Source: Phycisphaerales bacterium
Lineage (GTDB): Bacteria; Planctomycetota; Phycisphaerae; WQYP01
Direction of reading: 5' to 3'
Assembly: GCA_027451365.1 (NCBI GenBank)
Contig: DAIDJN010000003.1
Span: forward strand, 1 to 35,009
Length of the DNA: 35,009 nt
The notes below the pieces were generated by a model. The model was not told the origin of the DNA. It ran no database searches and saw nothing but the letters and a program-made list of their open reading frames with translations. Shown piece by piece: positions 9,710 to 21,190 of this stretch. The first letter of the stretch is position 1; each line of letters opens with the position of its first letter. The position numbers and the translations under genes are program-made.

Positions 9710-10363
9710 TTAACCTGCGGCTGATTCCAGCCGCGGCTTGGCCGCCTCCAGAACGCCATTAAGAGCCGCGCGTGTCATCAGAAGAGTCCGTGCGGAAAGA
9801 ATGTCGTAGGCGTTCATTTCCATGGCCGGCTTAATGCGGGCGTTAGCGATATTCCGTGTAGCCAAGAGAACGTTCTGATCGATACCATCGGTGGCGATCA
9901 GAACGGTGCGACTTATTTCGAGAGCCTTAAGCACACCGGCGATTTCCCGCGTTTTGGGCTTTTCGCCCTGCACACGCAGTTCATCAAGAATTTTTATGCT
10001 TTGAGATTGGATTTTTGAAAGGATGGCGTTGTCACGGGCGAGGCGGCGTTGTTTGGCCGGCATGGACTGGCGGAAATCGCGTGGCTTTTTCGCGAACGCC
10101 ATGCCGCCACCCTTCATGACGTTGGTACGAATATTACCGCGGCGGGCATTACCAGTATGCTTCTGGGCATACAATTTTTTGGTGGAACCTTCCACCTCAC
10201 CGCGGCCCTTGGTGGCGACCGTTCCCTGCCGCTTGTTGGCCTGGTACATGACCAAGGCCTGTTTAAGCAGCGCCGGGCGCACTTCGCCGCCAAGCAGTGC
10301 TTCGTCCACGGATACCTTGGCCACTTCCTGGCCAGTTCTGTTGTAGATGGGCAATTCAATCAT
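9710..10363 (-). CDS. rplD: 50S ribosomal protein L4
   Basis: RQGTVATKGRGEV, QKHTGNARRG and KGGGMAF. Confidence 0.97.
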   Translation of the reverse strand: MIELPIYNRTGQEVAKVSVDEALLGGEVRPALLKQALVMYQANKRQGTVATKGRGEVEGSTKKLYAQKHTGNARRGNIRTNVMKGGGMAFAKKPRDFRQSMPAKQRRLARDNAILSKIQSQSIKILDELRVQGEKPKTREIAGVLKALEISRTVLIATDGIDQNVLLATRNIANARIKPAMEMNAYDILSARTLLMTRAALNGVLEAAKPRLESAAG

Positions 10364-10429
10364 TTTTATTCATCCATCAACCGGATGCCCAGTTGCATCC
10401 ACATTGTTCCAAAAGTTCTGTTAACGCCA

Positions 10430-11128
10430 TTACTTTGCGGCTTCGGCCATCATGCGGGCGGTTTTCGATTGCCGCACAAACACCACGCCACCATTGGCAC
10501 CGGGAACCGTTCCCTTTATCAGAAGCAGATTTTTTTCCTTATCGACGCCGACCAGCGCCAGATTGCGGGTGGTGCATTGTTCCACACCCAGATGGCCAGC
10601 CATTTTCTTACCCTTTTTGATGGCGCGCCCATGACCACGGGTACCTGAACCGCCTCCGATGGAACCCGGCGAACGATGCTTACGTTCGGTACCGTGCGAG
10701 CCAGGCTGACCACCAAAGTTCCAGCGCTTCATGACGCCTTGAAATCCTTTACCCTTCGAGGTGCCGACCACGTCCACCCATTTGATCTCGTTAAAGCTCG
10801 AGACGTCAATAGTGGCACCGGCGGCGACCGTCGGTTTGGCATTAAGGCGGACTTCGCGGAAATATCGTTTGGGAGTTGTTTGACCAGTCTTTTTGCAATG
10901 CCCCACGATGGGTTTGGTGCTGCGGCGCTCTTTCACATCGTGAAAGCCCAATTGAACGGCGTTATAGCCATCCTTGCCATCTTCGGATTTAACCTGGGTA
11001 ATAATACAGGGGCCGGCCTGTACCACTGTGACAGGGATGATCGTGCCGGCCGCATCGTAGACGCGCGTCATTCCGACCTTGCGGCCAAGAATTGCGGCAA
11101 ATAAAGAACCGTTACCATTATCGCTCAT
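10430..11128 (-). CDS. rplC: 50S ribosomal protein L3
   Basis: LGRKVGMT, SKGKGFQGVMKRW, HRSPGSIG and KMAGHLG. Confidence 0.98.
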   Translation of the reverse strand: MSDNGNGSLFAAILGRKVGMTRVYDAAGTIIPVTVVQAGPCIITQVKSEDGKDGYNAVQLGFHDVKERRSTKPIVGHCKKTGQTTPKRYFREVRLNAKPTVAAGATIDVSSFNEIKWVDVVGTSKGKGFQGVMKRWNFGGQPGSHGTERKHRSPGSIGGGSGTRGHGRAIKKGKKMAGHLGVEQCTTRNLALVGVDKEKNLLLIKGTVPGANGGVVFVRQSKTARMMAEAAK

Positions 11129-11407
11129 GGCATTCCTCAGCCGTCGAAGGCCTCACTTGGGAACCCGTTGTCCGCCAGCGTTAGCGGTGTCAGGTTCTCC
11201 CGGATATCCCGTCCGACCGAGCTTGTTCACTTTCATGCACAAGCAAAAAGTCGGCTTAACGAGGCGGGATTGCCTGACTTTGGATACATATTCAAGACAA
11301 CGCTCGAACATCCGAAGTCAATTTCAACCCGCCCGAGATCACTCAGGTGGCGCCGTATCGACGGAAAACCAACCGTTTTCTGCCGCGTAAAAGCCAAAAA
11401 TGGCTGT

Positions 11408-11725
11408 TTACGCCTTTATTTTCACGAACACACCCGCCGGTACGACGAGGCGGTTTAATGCCTCAATTGTCCGGGGATTAGGTTCGAGAATATCAATAAT
11501 TCGCTTATGGGTGCGAATTTCAAACTGTTCGCGACTCTTTTTGTCAATATGCGGAGAACGCAGAACAGTAAATTTTTCAATACGTGTGGGAATCGGTATA
11601 GGACCGAGAACTTTGGCCGACGTCCGCTTTGCGTGGTCCACGATTTCTTTGGCCGACGCGTCAAGAGCGCGGTGATCGTAGGCTTCCATACGAATGCGAA
11701 TTCTTTCGTGTTGAGCAGTCGCCAT
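11408..11725 (-). CDS. rpsJ: 30S ribosomal protein S10
   Basis: [18 protein letters not shown] and [17 protein letters not shown] at 11725. Confidence 0.98.
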   Translation of the reverse strand: MATAQHERIRIRMEAYDHRALDASAKEIVDHAKRTSAKVLGPIPIPTRIEKFTVLRSPHIDKKSREQFEIRTHKRIIDILEPNPRTIEALNRLVVPAGVFVKIKA

Positions 11726-11965
11726 ACCTGTCTTATTCCTATCCGATTCCAATGTTGGCTCGTGTTACCGAACCGCACATTTCATATCCATATATCACTT
11801 TCGCAGGATGGCATTCCCTTGGGGGCAACTCCTGCGACCAATCATCGCGCCACTGCACGATATATCGGAAAAAAACTCAAATACCCGCGAATTTGCCGCA
11901 AAAACGGCCTTCTACATCGGCATTCATTTGCCTTCCCGCTCCGAAAAGCGGTGGCAAGATTCGTT

Positions 11966-11993
11966 AGTTTACCAATTCTGTTCTTTTTGTCAA
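11966..11993 (-). promoter_or_regulatory. Sigma70-type promoter for the S10 cluster
   Basis: Minus strand reads TTGACA-16 bp-TAAACT with TG just upstream of the -10 (extended -10 pattern), about 240 nt upstream of rpsJ. Confidence 0.7.
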
Positions 11994-12024
11994 ATTCACT
12001 TTGAATACCTTTTATTAAGACCCG

Positions 12025-12065
12025 GTTTACCCGTCATTCGGAGGCCTTCGGGCGGCGGGGTAAAC
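12025..12065 (-). terminator. Stem-loop after atpD, possible terminator or stabiliser
   Basis: GTTTACCC...GGGTAAAC inverted repeat about 55 nt past the atpD stop; no clear U-tract. Confidence 0.4.
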
Positions 12066-12118
12066 GTTGTGCCGCGTGGCGACGCGCCGATCGGCTGCCC
12101 AATACAGGCCAACCCGGA

Positions 12119-14502
<2,384 letters not shown>

Positions 14503-14594
14503 AACACTCACCTGAAACCGGCGAACCGCCGTTTATAACACCCCGGCATTGTCCCGCCCGGAAGTTGTTTACCGCCGGGCAACGTCATGCGGGC

Positions 14595-16148
14595 CTAAAT
14601 TCCCTCTACTTTTTTCTTGATCAGCGGCGAAACATTGGAAAAACTCTTAATGGTATCCACCAGTTTGGCCTCAAGGTCCGGCGTCAGTTCTTTTTTAGCG
14701 GCCAATTCCTGACGTACCGCGGCACCGGTCGATGCAAAAAAGTCCAGAAAATCGCTTTCCCAGCGGTTGACATCTTTCAGCGCCACTGCGTCCAAATATC
14801 CCTGTGTGCCGGCATAAATTACGGCGATTTGATCCACCACATCCATCGGGCGGTACTGCGGCTGCTTAAGCGCCTCCACCATACGGGCACCGCGATCCAA
14901 CTGGCGTTGCGTGGCCGGTTCAAGATCGGTTCCGATTTGAGTAAAGGCTTCCAAAGCGCGATAGGAAGCCAGGTCCAGGCGGAGTGAAGCGGAAACTTTT
15001 TTATGCTTCATGGCCTTGATCTGGGCTGAACCACCGACGCGGCTGACCGAGATACCGACATTGATGGCCGGGCGAACACCGGCAAAAAACAGATCCGGCT
15101 CCAAATATATCTGGCCATCGGTAATGCTGATGACGTTGGTGGGAATATAGGCGGAAACTTCGCCTTCCATCGTTTCAATAACGGGGAGCGCGGTAAGAGA
15201 TCCGCCACCATTTTCCTTGGAAAGCTTGCAGGCGCGTTCCAAGAGGCGGCTGTGCAGATAAAACACGTCGCCGGGATACGCTTCGCGACCCGGCGGCCGA
15301 CGAAGCAGAAGCGACAACTGCCGGTACGCCTGGGCCTGCTTGGAAAGATCGTCATACACGCACAGGGTCGCCTTGCCCTTCCACATAAAATGTTCGGCCA
15401 TGGCACAACCGGCATAGGGAGCGATGTATTGCAGCGGGGCGGAATCTGAAGCACCCGCGACAATCACAATCGTGTAATCCATGGCCCCGTTACGACGCAG
15501 CACATCCACAACGCCGGCAACGGTTGATTCCTTTTGTCCGATAGCCACATAGACACATATCACTTCATCGGGTGTGCCGAAGAATTTTTTCTGATTGATG
15601 ATGGCATCGATCGCGATGGCGGTTTTGCCGGTCTTACGGTCGCCGATAATCAGTTCGCGTTGTCCGCGGCCGATGGGAATCATGGCATCAATCGCCTTGA
15701 TGCCGGTTTGCAAAGGCTCCTTGACGGGCTGCCGATCGGCGATACCCGGGGCGATGATATCCACCTTGCGGCGTTCGGTGGATTGAATAGCCGGTCCGCC
15801 ATCCACCGGTTCGCCGAGTGGATTGACGACGCGGCCGAGCATTTCGGCACCAACGGGAACTGAAAGCAGTTCGCCGGTGGAACGCACGACATCGCCTTCC
15901 TTAATGGTGGTATAGTCGCCAAAAATGACGGCGCCGACAGTGTCCTCTTCCAGGTTAAAAACCTGGCCATAGATTTTATTCGGAAATTCAAGCATTTCTC
16001 CGGCCATGGCTTTGCCGAGGCCATAAATGCGTGCGATACCGTCGCCTACTTCAATCACCTTGCCGACCTGGCTGACTTCAAGCCGATCCTGAAAACCACT
16101 GATTTCCTGCTGAAGAATCGAGGAAATTTCATCAATTTTAAACTTCAT
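14595..16148 (-). CDS. atpA: F1Fo ATP synthase subunit alpha
   Basis: [31 protein letters not shown] and [13 protein letters not shown]. Confidence 0.99.
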   Translation of the reverse strand: MKFKIDEISSILQQEISGFQDRLEVSQVGKVIEVGDGIARIYGLGKAMAGEMLEFPNKIYGQVFNLEEDTVGAVIFGDYTTIKEGDVVRSTGELLSVPVGAEMLGRVVNPLGEPVDGGPAIQSTERRKVDIIAPGIADRQPVKEPLQTGIKAIDAMIPIGRGQRELIIGDRKTGKTAIAIDAIINQKKFFGTPDEVICVYVAIGQKESTVAGVVDVLRRNGAMDYTIVIVAGASDSAPLQYIAPYAGCAMAEHFMWKGKATLCVYDDLSKQAQAYRQLSLLLRRPPGREAYPGDVFYLHSRLLERACKLSKENGGGSLTALPVIETMEGEVSAYIPTNVISITDGQIYLEPDLFFAGVRPAINVGISVSRVGGSAQIKAMKHKKVSASLRLDLASYRALEAFTQIGTDLEPATQRQLDRGARMVEALKQPQYRPMDVVDQIAVIYAGTQGYLDAVALKDVNRWESDFLDFFASTGAAVRQELAAKKELTPDLEAKLVDTIKSFSNVSPLIKKKVEGI

Positions 16149-16230
16149 GAAAACACCTTTACATTTTAATGACCGGCAAATCCCGTTCGGCCGCATGCAC
16201 GGGCCGTTTACCGGCCCAAACCATAAAAAT

Positions 16231-16830
16231 TCAAGAGGGCATCATGCCCGACATTTTTTCACGCATGCCAACGAGCAGCCCGCGCGTCAGCGACTGACGC
16301 ATGGAAGCAAGCCTGCGCTGCACAGAACCATCAATAAACAAATCGCCAATCCGCAACTGGACACCACCGATCAGTTTCGGATTCACAAAAGTGTCAATAT
16401 CCACGAATTGCTGAAGAGCCTCACCCGTGCGACGGGCGATGCGTTCAAGCTGGGCATCATCCAGCGGCACGGCTGTGGTCACTTCTATCGGAATGCGATT
16501 GGATCGTTTCTGTTCAACGCTGATCATGGCGCGTAAAAAGTCGGGGAAATATTCCAGCCGGTCGCGGCGGCCCATTGCCCGGATGGTCTGGAGAGTCAAC
16601 GGGTTTATGCCTGCGGCAAAAACCTTCTCCAGAATCGCCAGTTTCGCGGGGCCGGAAATTGTGGCGGCCCTAAGCACCAAAGCCAAGCGCGGGATCTGGC
16701 TGATAATTTCCTGTAATCCCTGCATATCAGCAAGCACATCGGCAAGCTGGCCGGCTTTCACTGCCGAATCATAAAGCGCCAGCGCGTAGACCTCGCCTAT
16801 GGGAGAAAATTCAGATTGTTTTGTTGCCAT
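16231..16830 (-). CDS. atpH: F1Fo ATP synthase subunit delta
   Basis: YALALY, VTTAVPL and [18 protein letters not shown]; expected position in the operon. Confidence 0.95.
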   Translation of the reverse strand: MATKQSEFSPIGEVYALALYDSAVKAGQLADVLADMQGLQEIISQIPRLALVLRAATISGPAKLAILEKVFAAGINPLTLQTIRAMGRRDRLEYFPDFLRAMISVEQKRSNRIPIEVTTAVPLDDAQLERIARRTGEALQQFVDIDTFVNPKLIGGVQLRIGDLFIDGSVQRRLASMRQSLTRGLLVGMREKMSGMMPS

Positions 16831-16864
16831 ATTTTTTACCTTCAGATCGATCCGACATGTCGGC

Positions 16865-17542
16865 TTAACGTCTGATTGTTCCCAATTGGCCGAGCGATTC
16901 ATCCAGCAGACGCTGACGGTCTGATACGTTAATTTCGCGTTCCAGAATTCGCCCGGCGATACTCACACTTATATCCGCCGCGCTGGCGGCAATTTCCAGT
17001 AAAGCCTGTTCCTTGGCGGTTTGAATATCCCGCAAAGCCTGATCCTTAATAGCTTTGGATTCTGCTTCGGCACGCTGATGAATCAGTTCGGCGGCTTTGG
17101 CGGCATCTGCCTTGGCCTGCTGCAGCGAAAGGGCCGCCTGCTGCTGTACTTCTGCGATTTTTTCTTCCAGTCGCTTCCGCGTCTGTTCAACTTGCGCCTG
17201 GGCCTCTGCGGCGGCATGAATGCTGTCACGAATGGCATTTTCACGGCTTTCGAGGCCTTTGAGAAGCGGCCGCCACGCGATTTTTCCGAGTACGGAAATC
17301 AGCACAATAAAAATGACAAGCGTGAAGAGCGCGGTACCCGGATCCACCGAAAGCAATCCACCACCTCCGCCGTGATGGGCGTGCCGCACCGCAGCCTGCG
17401 CGGTTGGGGACATCACCGCGGCCTGCACCGATCGGGAAAATGTCCCGAACAGGCCAATGGCCACAGCGATTGCGGCATATCGGCCAGCGGACGGCTGGTC
17501 CGGCGTGCGAATGGTGCCGCAAAACAAGGGGACACGTTTCAT
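16865..17542 (-). CDS. atpF: F1Fo ATP synthase subunit b with N-terminal extension
   Basis: TM helix followed by AWRPLLKGLESRENAI and a long coiled coil; start uncertain. Confidence 0.93.
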   Translation of the reverse strand: MKRVPLFCGTIRTPDQPSAGRYAAIAVAIGLFGTFSRSVQAAVMSPTAQAAVRHAHHGGGGGLLSVDPGTALFTLVIFIVLISVLGKIAWRPLLKGLESRENAIRDSIHAAAEAQAQVEQTRKRLEEKIAEVQQQAALSLQQAKADAAKAAELIHQRAEAESKAIKDQALRDIQTAKEQALLEIAASAADISVSIAGRILEREINVSDRQRLLDESLGQLGTIRR

Positions 17543-17653
17543 ACAATACCTCTAAACAATCTGGGAAAAGTGGACAAATTTGGCGGCAATCGCCAAAGGT
17601 CCGGCCCGCGACCGCATTTTCGCCGCAGCGGGTAACAGGCCGCCGCAGGCCAC

Positions 17654-17995
17654 TTACAGACCGTGGTTATGGATGAGCACAATCATCACCAGCCCCAGCA
17701 GAAGGAAGGTAAAACCTTCGATGATGGCTGCGGCCAGGAAGAATTGTACGCGAATGGTGTTGATAAGTTCCGGCTGGCGGGCCGTGGCTTCGCACATGCT
17801 TCCGCCGATTGAACCCACACCCGCACCCGCGCCGCCTACACCGGCACCACCGCCGATAAGGGCACCGGCCACCTGAATGGCCTGCGACAGCATCTGGGCG
17901 GATTGCACACCTGCGGAAACCGTATGGGTGGCGGCGACGGCCACTGTGTGAACAGCCTGTGTGGTCGCGGCCGCTGTGGTGGTTGCTGGATCCAT
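17654..17995 (-). CDS. atpE: F1Fo ATP synthase subunit c with a Thr/Ala-rich N-terminal extension
   Basis: Gly-rich inner helix, ARQPE loop and ion-binding Glu in AIIEG; GAGGAG RBS upstream. Confidence 0.96.
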   Translation of the reverse strand: MDPATTTAAATTQAVHTVAVAATHTVSAGVQSAQMLSQAIQVAGALIGGGAGVGGAGAGVGSIGGSMCEATARQPELINTIRVQFFLAAAIIEGFTFLLLGLVMIVLIHNHGL

Positions 17996-18079
17996 GATGA
18001 AAAACTCCTCGTTAAATATGGATTACTGTAAAACCCTTGAAATACTGAATACCGGAAAGTCCTACGCAGACCCATCCGT

Positions 18080-19102
18080 TTAATGCTCTGGTGCCACCGC
18101 CGCCGCTATGTATGCGGCGCTAAGCAGCGTAAAAATAAACGCCTGAAGGAACGCCTCCAGAAGATGTAGCGCTTCAAACGCGGAACTGAACACAATAATG
18201 GGAATTCCAATGGTGGCCCGTAAAAAATGCGATGACATGGAAAACGCAATACTTACAAACACCGCGACCACCAACGGGCCGGACATCATGACGGCAAACA
18301 GTCGCATGCACAACGACAGCGGCTTGACCAGCGTGCCCAGCAGTTCCAGGAAAAGCACCACGGGCCAGAGCAAGGCGGGCACGGCAGGCACCATATTCTT
18401 AAAATAAAGCAGAACGCCGCCAGCCACAGCCATTGGCCAGGCACGACGGGCCGGCTTGGATTCGGGGCCGCCACCATGGCCATGCCCCGCATGGGCGGCT
18501 TCGTCATGATGCCCCCCCATCAGATGTTCGCGCCGCTGCCGCACAGCCATAATATGCTCGCGAAGTCCGGCGATATGCACCAGGAAAAAAGTGAAAAGTG
18601 CAAGAACGACCGTCACGGATAAGTTACCAGTGCTGCCGCCCCAGAATTCGGGGATATGCGTTCCGGCATAAATATTCAGCAATGCAAATGCCTGGTTAAC
18701 GGGAAGCATACCGAGCAGATTCGCGAAAAGAATGAAGAAAAACGCTGTCCACAAGTAAGGCGTAAAGGTGGAAGCCCATTTGCCCAGCATCGGAACAAAC
18801 AGTTCCTTGCGTAAAAAATCCATGCTGGCTTCAAAGAAATTTCCCCAACCATGCGGCACCGGATTGGCTTTCATGCGCCGCGCCATGGACGGAAAAATAA
18901 GCAGCATCAACAGCGCTGAAAGCAGCATCATAAAAATATCGTTGGTTAAATAAACCGGATGTCCCAGCAGTGTAAATAGCCGGTGGGGCAGCACGCGATG
19001 CGCGACGACATCATCCAGCACGCTGACCGCCAGCGGTGGCGTGGTCCCAAAAAGCGACGATGACGCCGTGATTGTCTGGCCTGTAAGGGTCATGGGAATC
19101 AT
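18080..19102 (-). CDS. atpB: F1Fo ATP synthase subunit a
   Basis: FFFILFANLLGMLP, TGNLSVT, KPLSLCMRLF with the essential Arg, and LQAFIFTLL; start uncertain (19093, 19102 or 19123). Confidence 0.95.
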   Translation of the reverse strand: MIPMTLTGQTITASSSLFGTTPPLAVSVLDDVVAHRVLPHRLFTLLGHPVYLTNDIFMMLLSALLMLLIFPSMARRMKANPVPHGWGNFFEASMDFLRKELFVPMLGKWASTFTPYLWTAFFFILFANLLGMLPVNQAFALLNIYAGTHIPEFWGGSTGNLSVTVVLALFTFFLVHIAGLREHIMAVRQRREHLMGGHHDEAAHAGHGHGGGPESKPARRAWPMAVAGGVLLYFKNMVPAVPALLWPVVLFLELLGTLVKPLSLCMRLFAVMMSGPLVVAVFVSIAFSMSSHFLRATIGIPIIVFSSAFEALHLLEAFLQAFIFTLLSAAYIAAAVAPEH

Positions 19103-19287
19103 AAAAAACCGAGTTCCAACCAAGTCTCCCCCGCCGTGACAATCCGCCAGAATTGTCCGCAGCCGCGAGGGTCAATCTTTGTAACCTATGGGCCGATTAC
19201 CGTCAATGCGCCATAAGGACATATCTTCAATGCGAAATACTCGCAAATTGACATAACAGTGTTTGACACTGCTTAAATTCAGCCATA

Positions 19288-19800
19288 TCAGCCGACGGCC
19301 GGCCGCACCGATGAATTTTTTATTACCCATGAAGAGGTAAAGCTTTCCGCAATAAGCAGCACGAAATAAAATGCCGCCAGCCACAGAATCAACACAATTT
19401 TATGAAGTCCAGGGCGAGCCATTACCAGGACAATCACCGCCCCCAGCGCAGATCCAACCAGCCGCGTCATGTTCGCCACCATAGCGCAACGCAGCAGCAT
19501 AATCGCCCCGCGGCCGACCATGATCACCATCGGCAGCACGGCCAGCCAGCCAACCGCCACCACGACCAGCCCCGCCCATAACATTTCCGTCGGGTGCAAT
19601 GGCCGCCGGGTAAGCGGCAGAACGGCCATGCCCGCCAGCATCGTCAGGAGAACCGCCACCGGTGGCGTAGCGAGCAAACCCAAGCGGAGCCAGACATCGC
19701 GCACCATGGGACGCGAAAAGGGTTGCACAGGATTGCCCACCGGCGCGGCTGCATTTGGTTCAGCCGCGAGAGGTTCTTGAATTGTGGGAAGTTCAACCAT
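19288..19800 (-). CDS. AtpI-like four-TM membrane protein
   Basis: About four hydrophobic segments, directly upstream of atpB; start could be 19800 or 19875. Confidence 0.65.
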   Translation of the reverse strand: MVELPTIQEPLAAEPNAAAPVGNPVQPFSRPMVRDVWLRLGLLATPPVAVLLTMLAGMAVLPLTRRPLHPTEMLWAGLVVVAVGWLAVLPMVIMVGRGAIMLLRCAMVANMTRLVGSALGAVIVLVMARPGLHKIVLILWLAAFYFVLLIAESFTSSWVIKNSSVRPAVG

Positions 19801-19877
19801 TCGTTTCCAATCCGCGCGGGAATATTCAACCAGTCCCGGCGATTCATTTTTCGCTGGCCGATCCACCTGCAGCACTA

Positions 19878-20213
19878 TTACTTTTTTCCGGCCGTCAGCA
19901 GCATTTTGATCTGCAGGTACAACTCACCTATTACCGCCAGAACAATGCAGGTAATCGCAGCATAACCGGGCCAGCCAAATTTCCCATCCAGCCAATGCCC
20001 GATCCAGGCAAAGACCAGCACCACGCCCAGAAATTCAACACCCATCATCGCAAAGCGACGCGGACCAAAACCGCCGGCTGCGCCCGCCGTGCGACTGGCG
20101 ACCAGTTTGGCCGTATGTTTCTCCAGCCGATCCAAAGGGGACCGCGCGGCATCACCGACATCTTGTTCAGACTGCCGGGACGGCTGGCTATCCTGTTGAT
20201 CGGGATTGGGCAT
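19878..20213 (-). CDS. AtpZ/AtpI-family (ATPase gene 1) membrane protein
   Basis: MGVEFLGVVLVFAWIGHWLDGKFG matches the family GxxxD pattern; GGAGG RBS before ATG 20213. Confidence 0.85.
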   Translation of the reverse strand: MPNPDQQDSQPSRQSEQDVGDAARSPLDRLEKHTAKLVASRTAGAAGGFGPRRFAMMGVEFLGVVLVFAWIGHWLDGKFGWPGYAAITCIVLAVIGELYLQIKMLLTAGKK

Positions 20214-20250
20214 AAGCCATACCTCCGCCGCCGTCAATTCACCGGGCTAG

Positions 20251-20279
20251 ATTGTACTATTTTTCACAATGTAAGTCAA
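20251..20279 (-). promoter_or_regulatory. Sigma70 promoter of the atp operon
   Basis: Minus strand reads TTGACT-17 bp-TACAAT, about 37 nt upstream of the first atp gene. Confidence 0.8.
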
Positions 20280-20671
20280 GAAGCGGCACCCATTCAAAAG
20301 TAGAAAGTTCCGCGGCCATGCCCACAGGTGCCAAATCAAATGTGCCGGACGACAGAAATTTTGACGATGCTCAGTGAATCAATACGAGCGGTTGGTCCTT
20401 CGGAAGGTTCACGACAGCGCAATATCTCGACGAAGGAAGGTCCAGTCGAATTGCCGATGAAACTTCCGTACATGTTCAGTCGCAATGGCCAGTGGCATTG
20501 TGGCATTGGGCAAATGACGTAAGGCAGGTATTGCCCGAGGTCGGCGCATTGAAATGAAGGCCAGCAGCAATAAAGGGGGAGCCATCCATGTCACGGTCTT
20601 GGTCTTCTGGCGCCGCGCTGGCGTACCACCAGTTGCCCGTGTAACATCATATGAAATCAATGGAGTCGTGC

Positions 20672-21076
20672 ATGGCTGTGCTCGTAGAGCTTAAGCGAAT
20701 TATTATCACCGAAACATCAGATCAGCAATTCATTTTCCTGAAGGAAGTGGATGGCGAGCGAGTGGTGCCCATTGTGATTGGGTCCAGCGAAGCGCTGGCC
20801 ATCGACAATCGCCTGAAAGGCACTGAATTTCCGCGTCCCATGACACACCAGTTAATGACCAACATCATCGATCAATTGGGTGGAAAGCTTGAACGTATCC
20901 TGATTAACGACCTTCAAAAACACACCTTTTTTGCCCGCCTGGTGATTCGCCACAACGGACGCTCCATTGAAATTGATTCCCGCCCCAGCGACGCAATCGC
21001 TCTGGGCGTGGCCGGGAATGTTCCGATTTACGTCGCCGAACATGTGCTTGATGAAATTGCCGGGGAAACGCAATAG
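20672..21076 (+). CDS. Bifunctional nuclease family protein (DUF151)
   Basis: PIVIGSSEALAI, RPMTHQL and IDSRPSDAIAL; GGAG RBS. Confidence 0.93.
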   Translation: MAVLVELKRIIITETSDQQFIFLKEVDGERVVPIVIGSSEALAIDNRLKGTEFPRPMTHQLMTNIIDQLGGKLERILINDLQKHTFFARLVIRHNGRSIEIDSRPSDAIALGVAGNVPIYVAEHVLDEIAGETQ

Positions 21077-21190
21077 CCGCGCGGCACAGCTCGATTAAAT
21101 TTGTATCTGCGCAGGGCCAGCCATTCAGGCTGGGTGCTTTCGCCCACCGCAACCGATAAAAACCGAAATTCACAAAGGGACCAAGCCCGG

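Noticed and set aside
20328..20660. Short ORFs between the atp promoter and the DUF151 gene
   Set aside because: No RBS or recognisable motifs; more likely a divergent promoter region.
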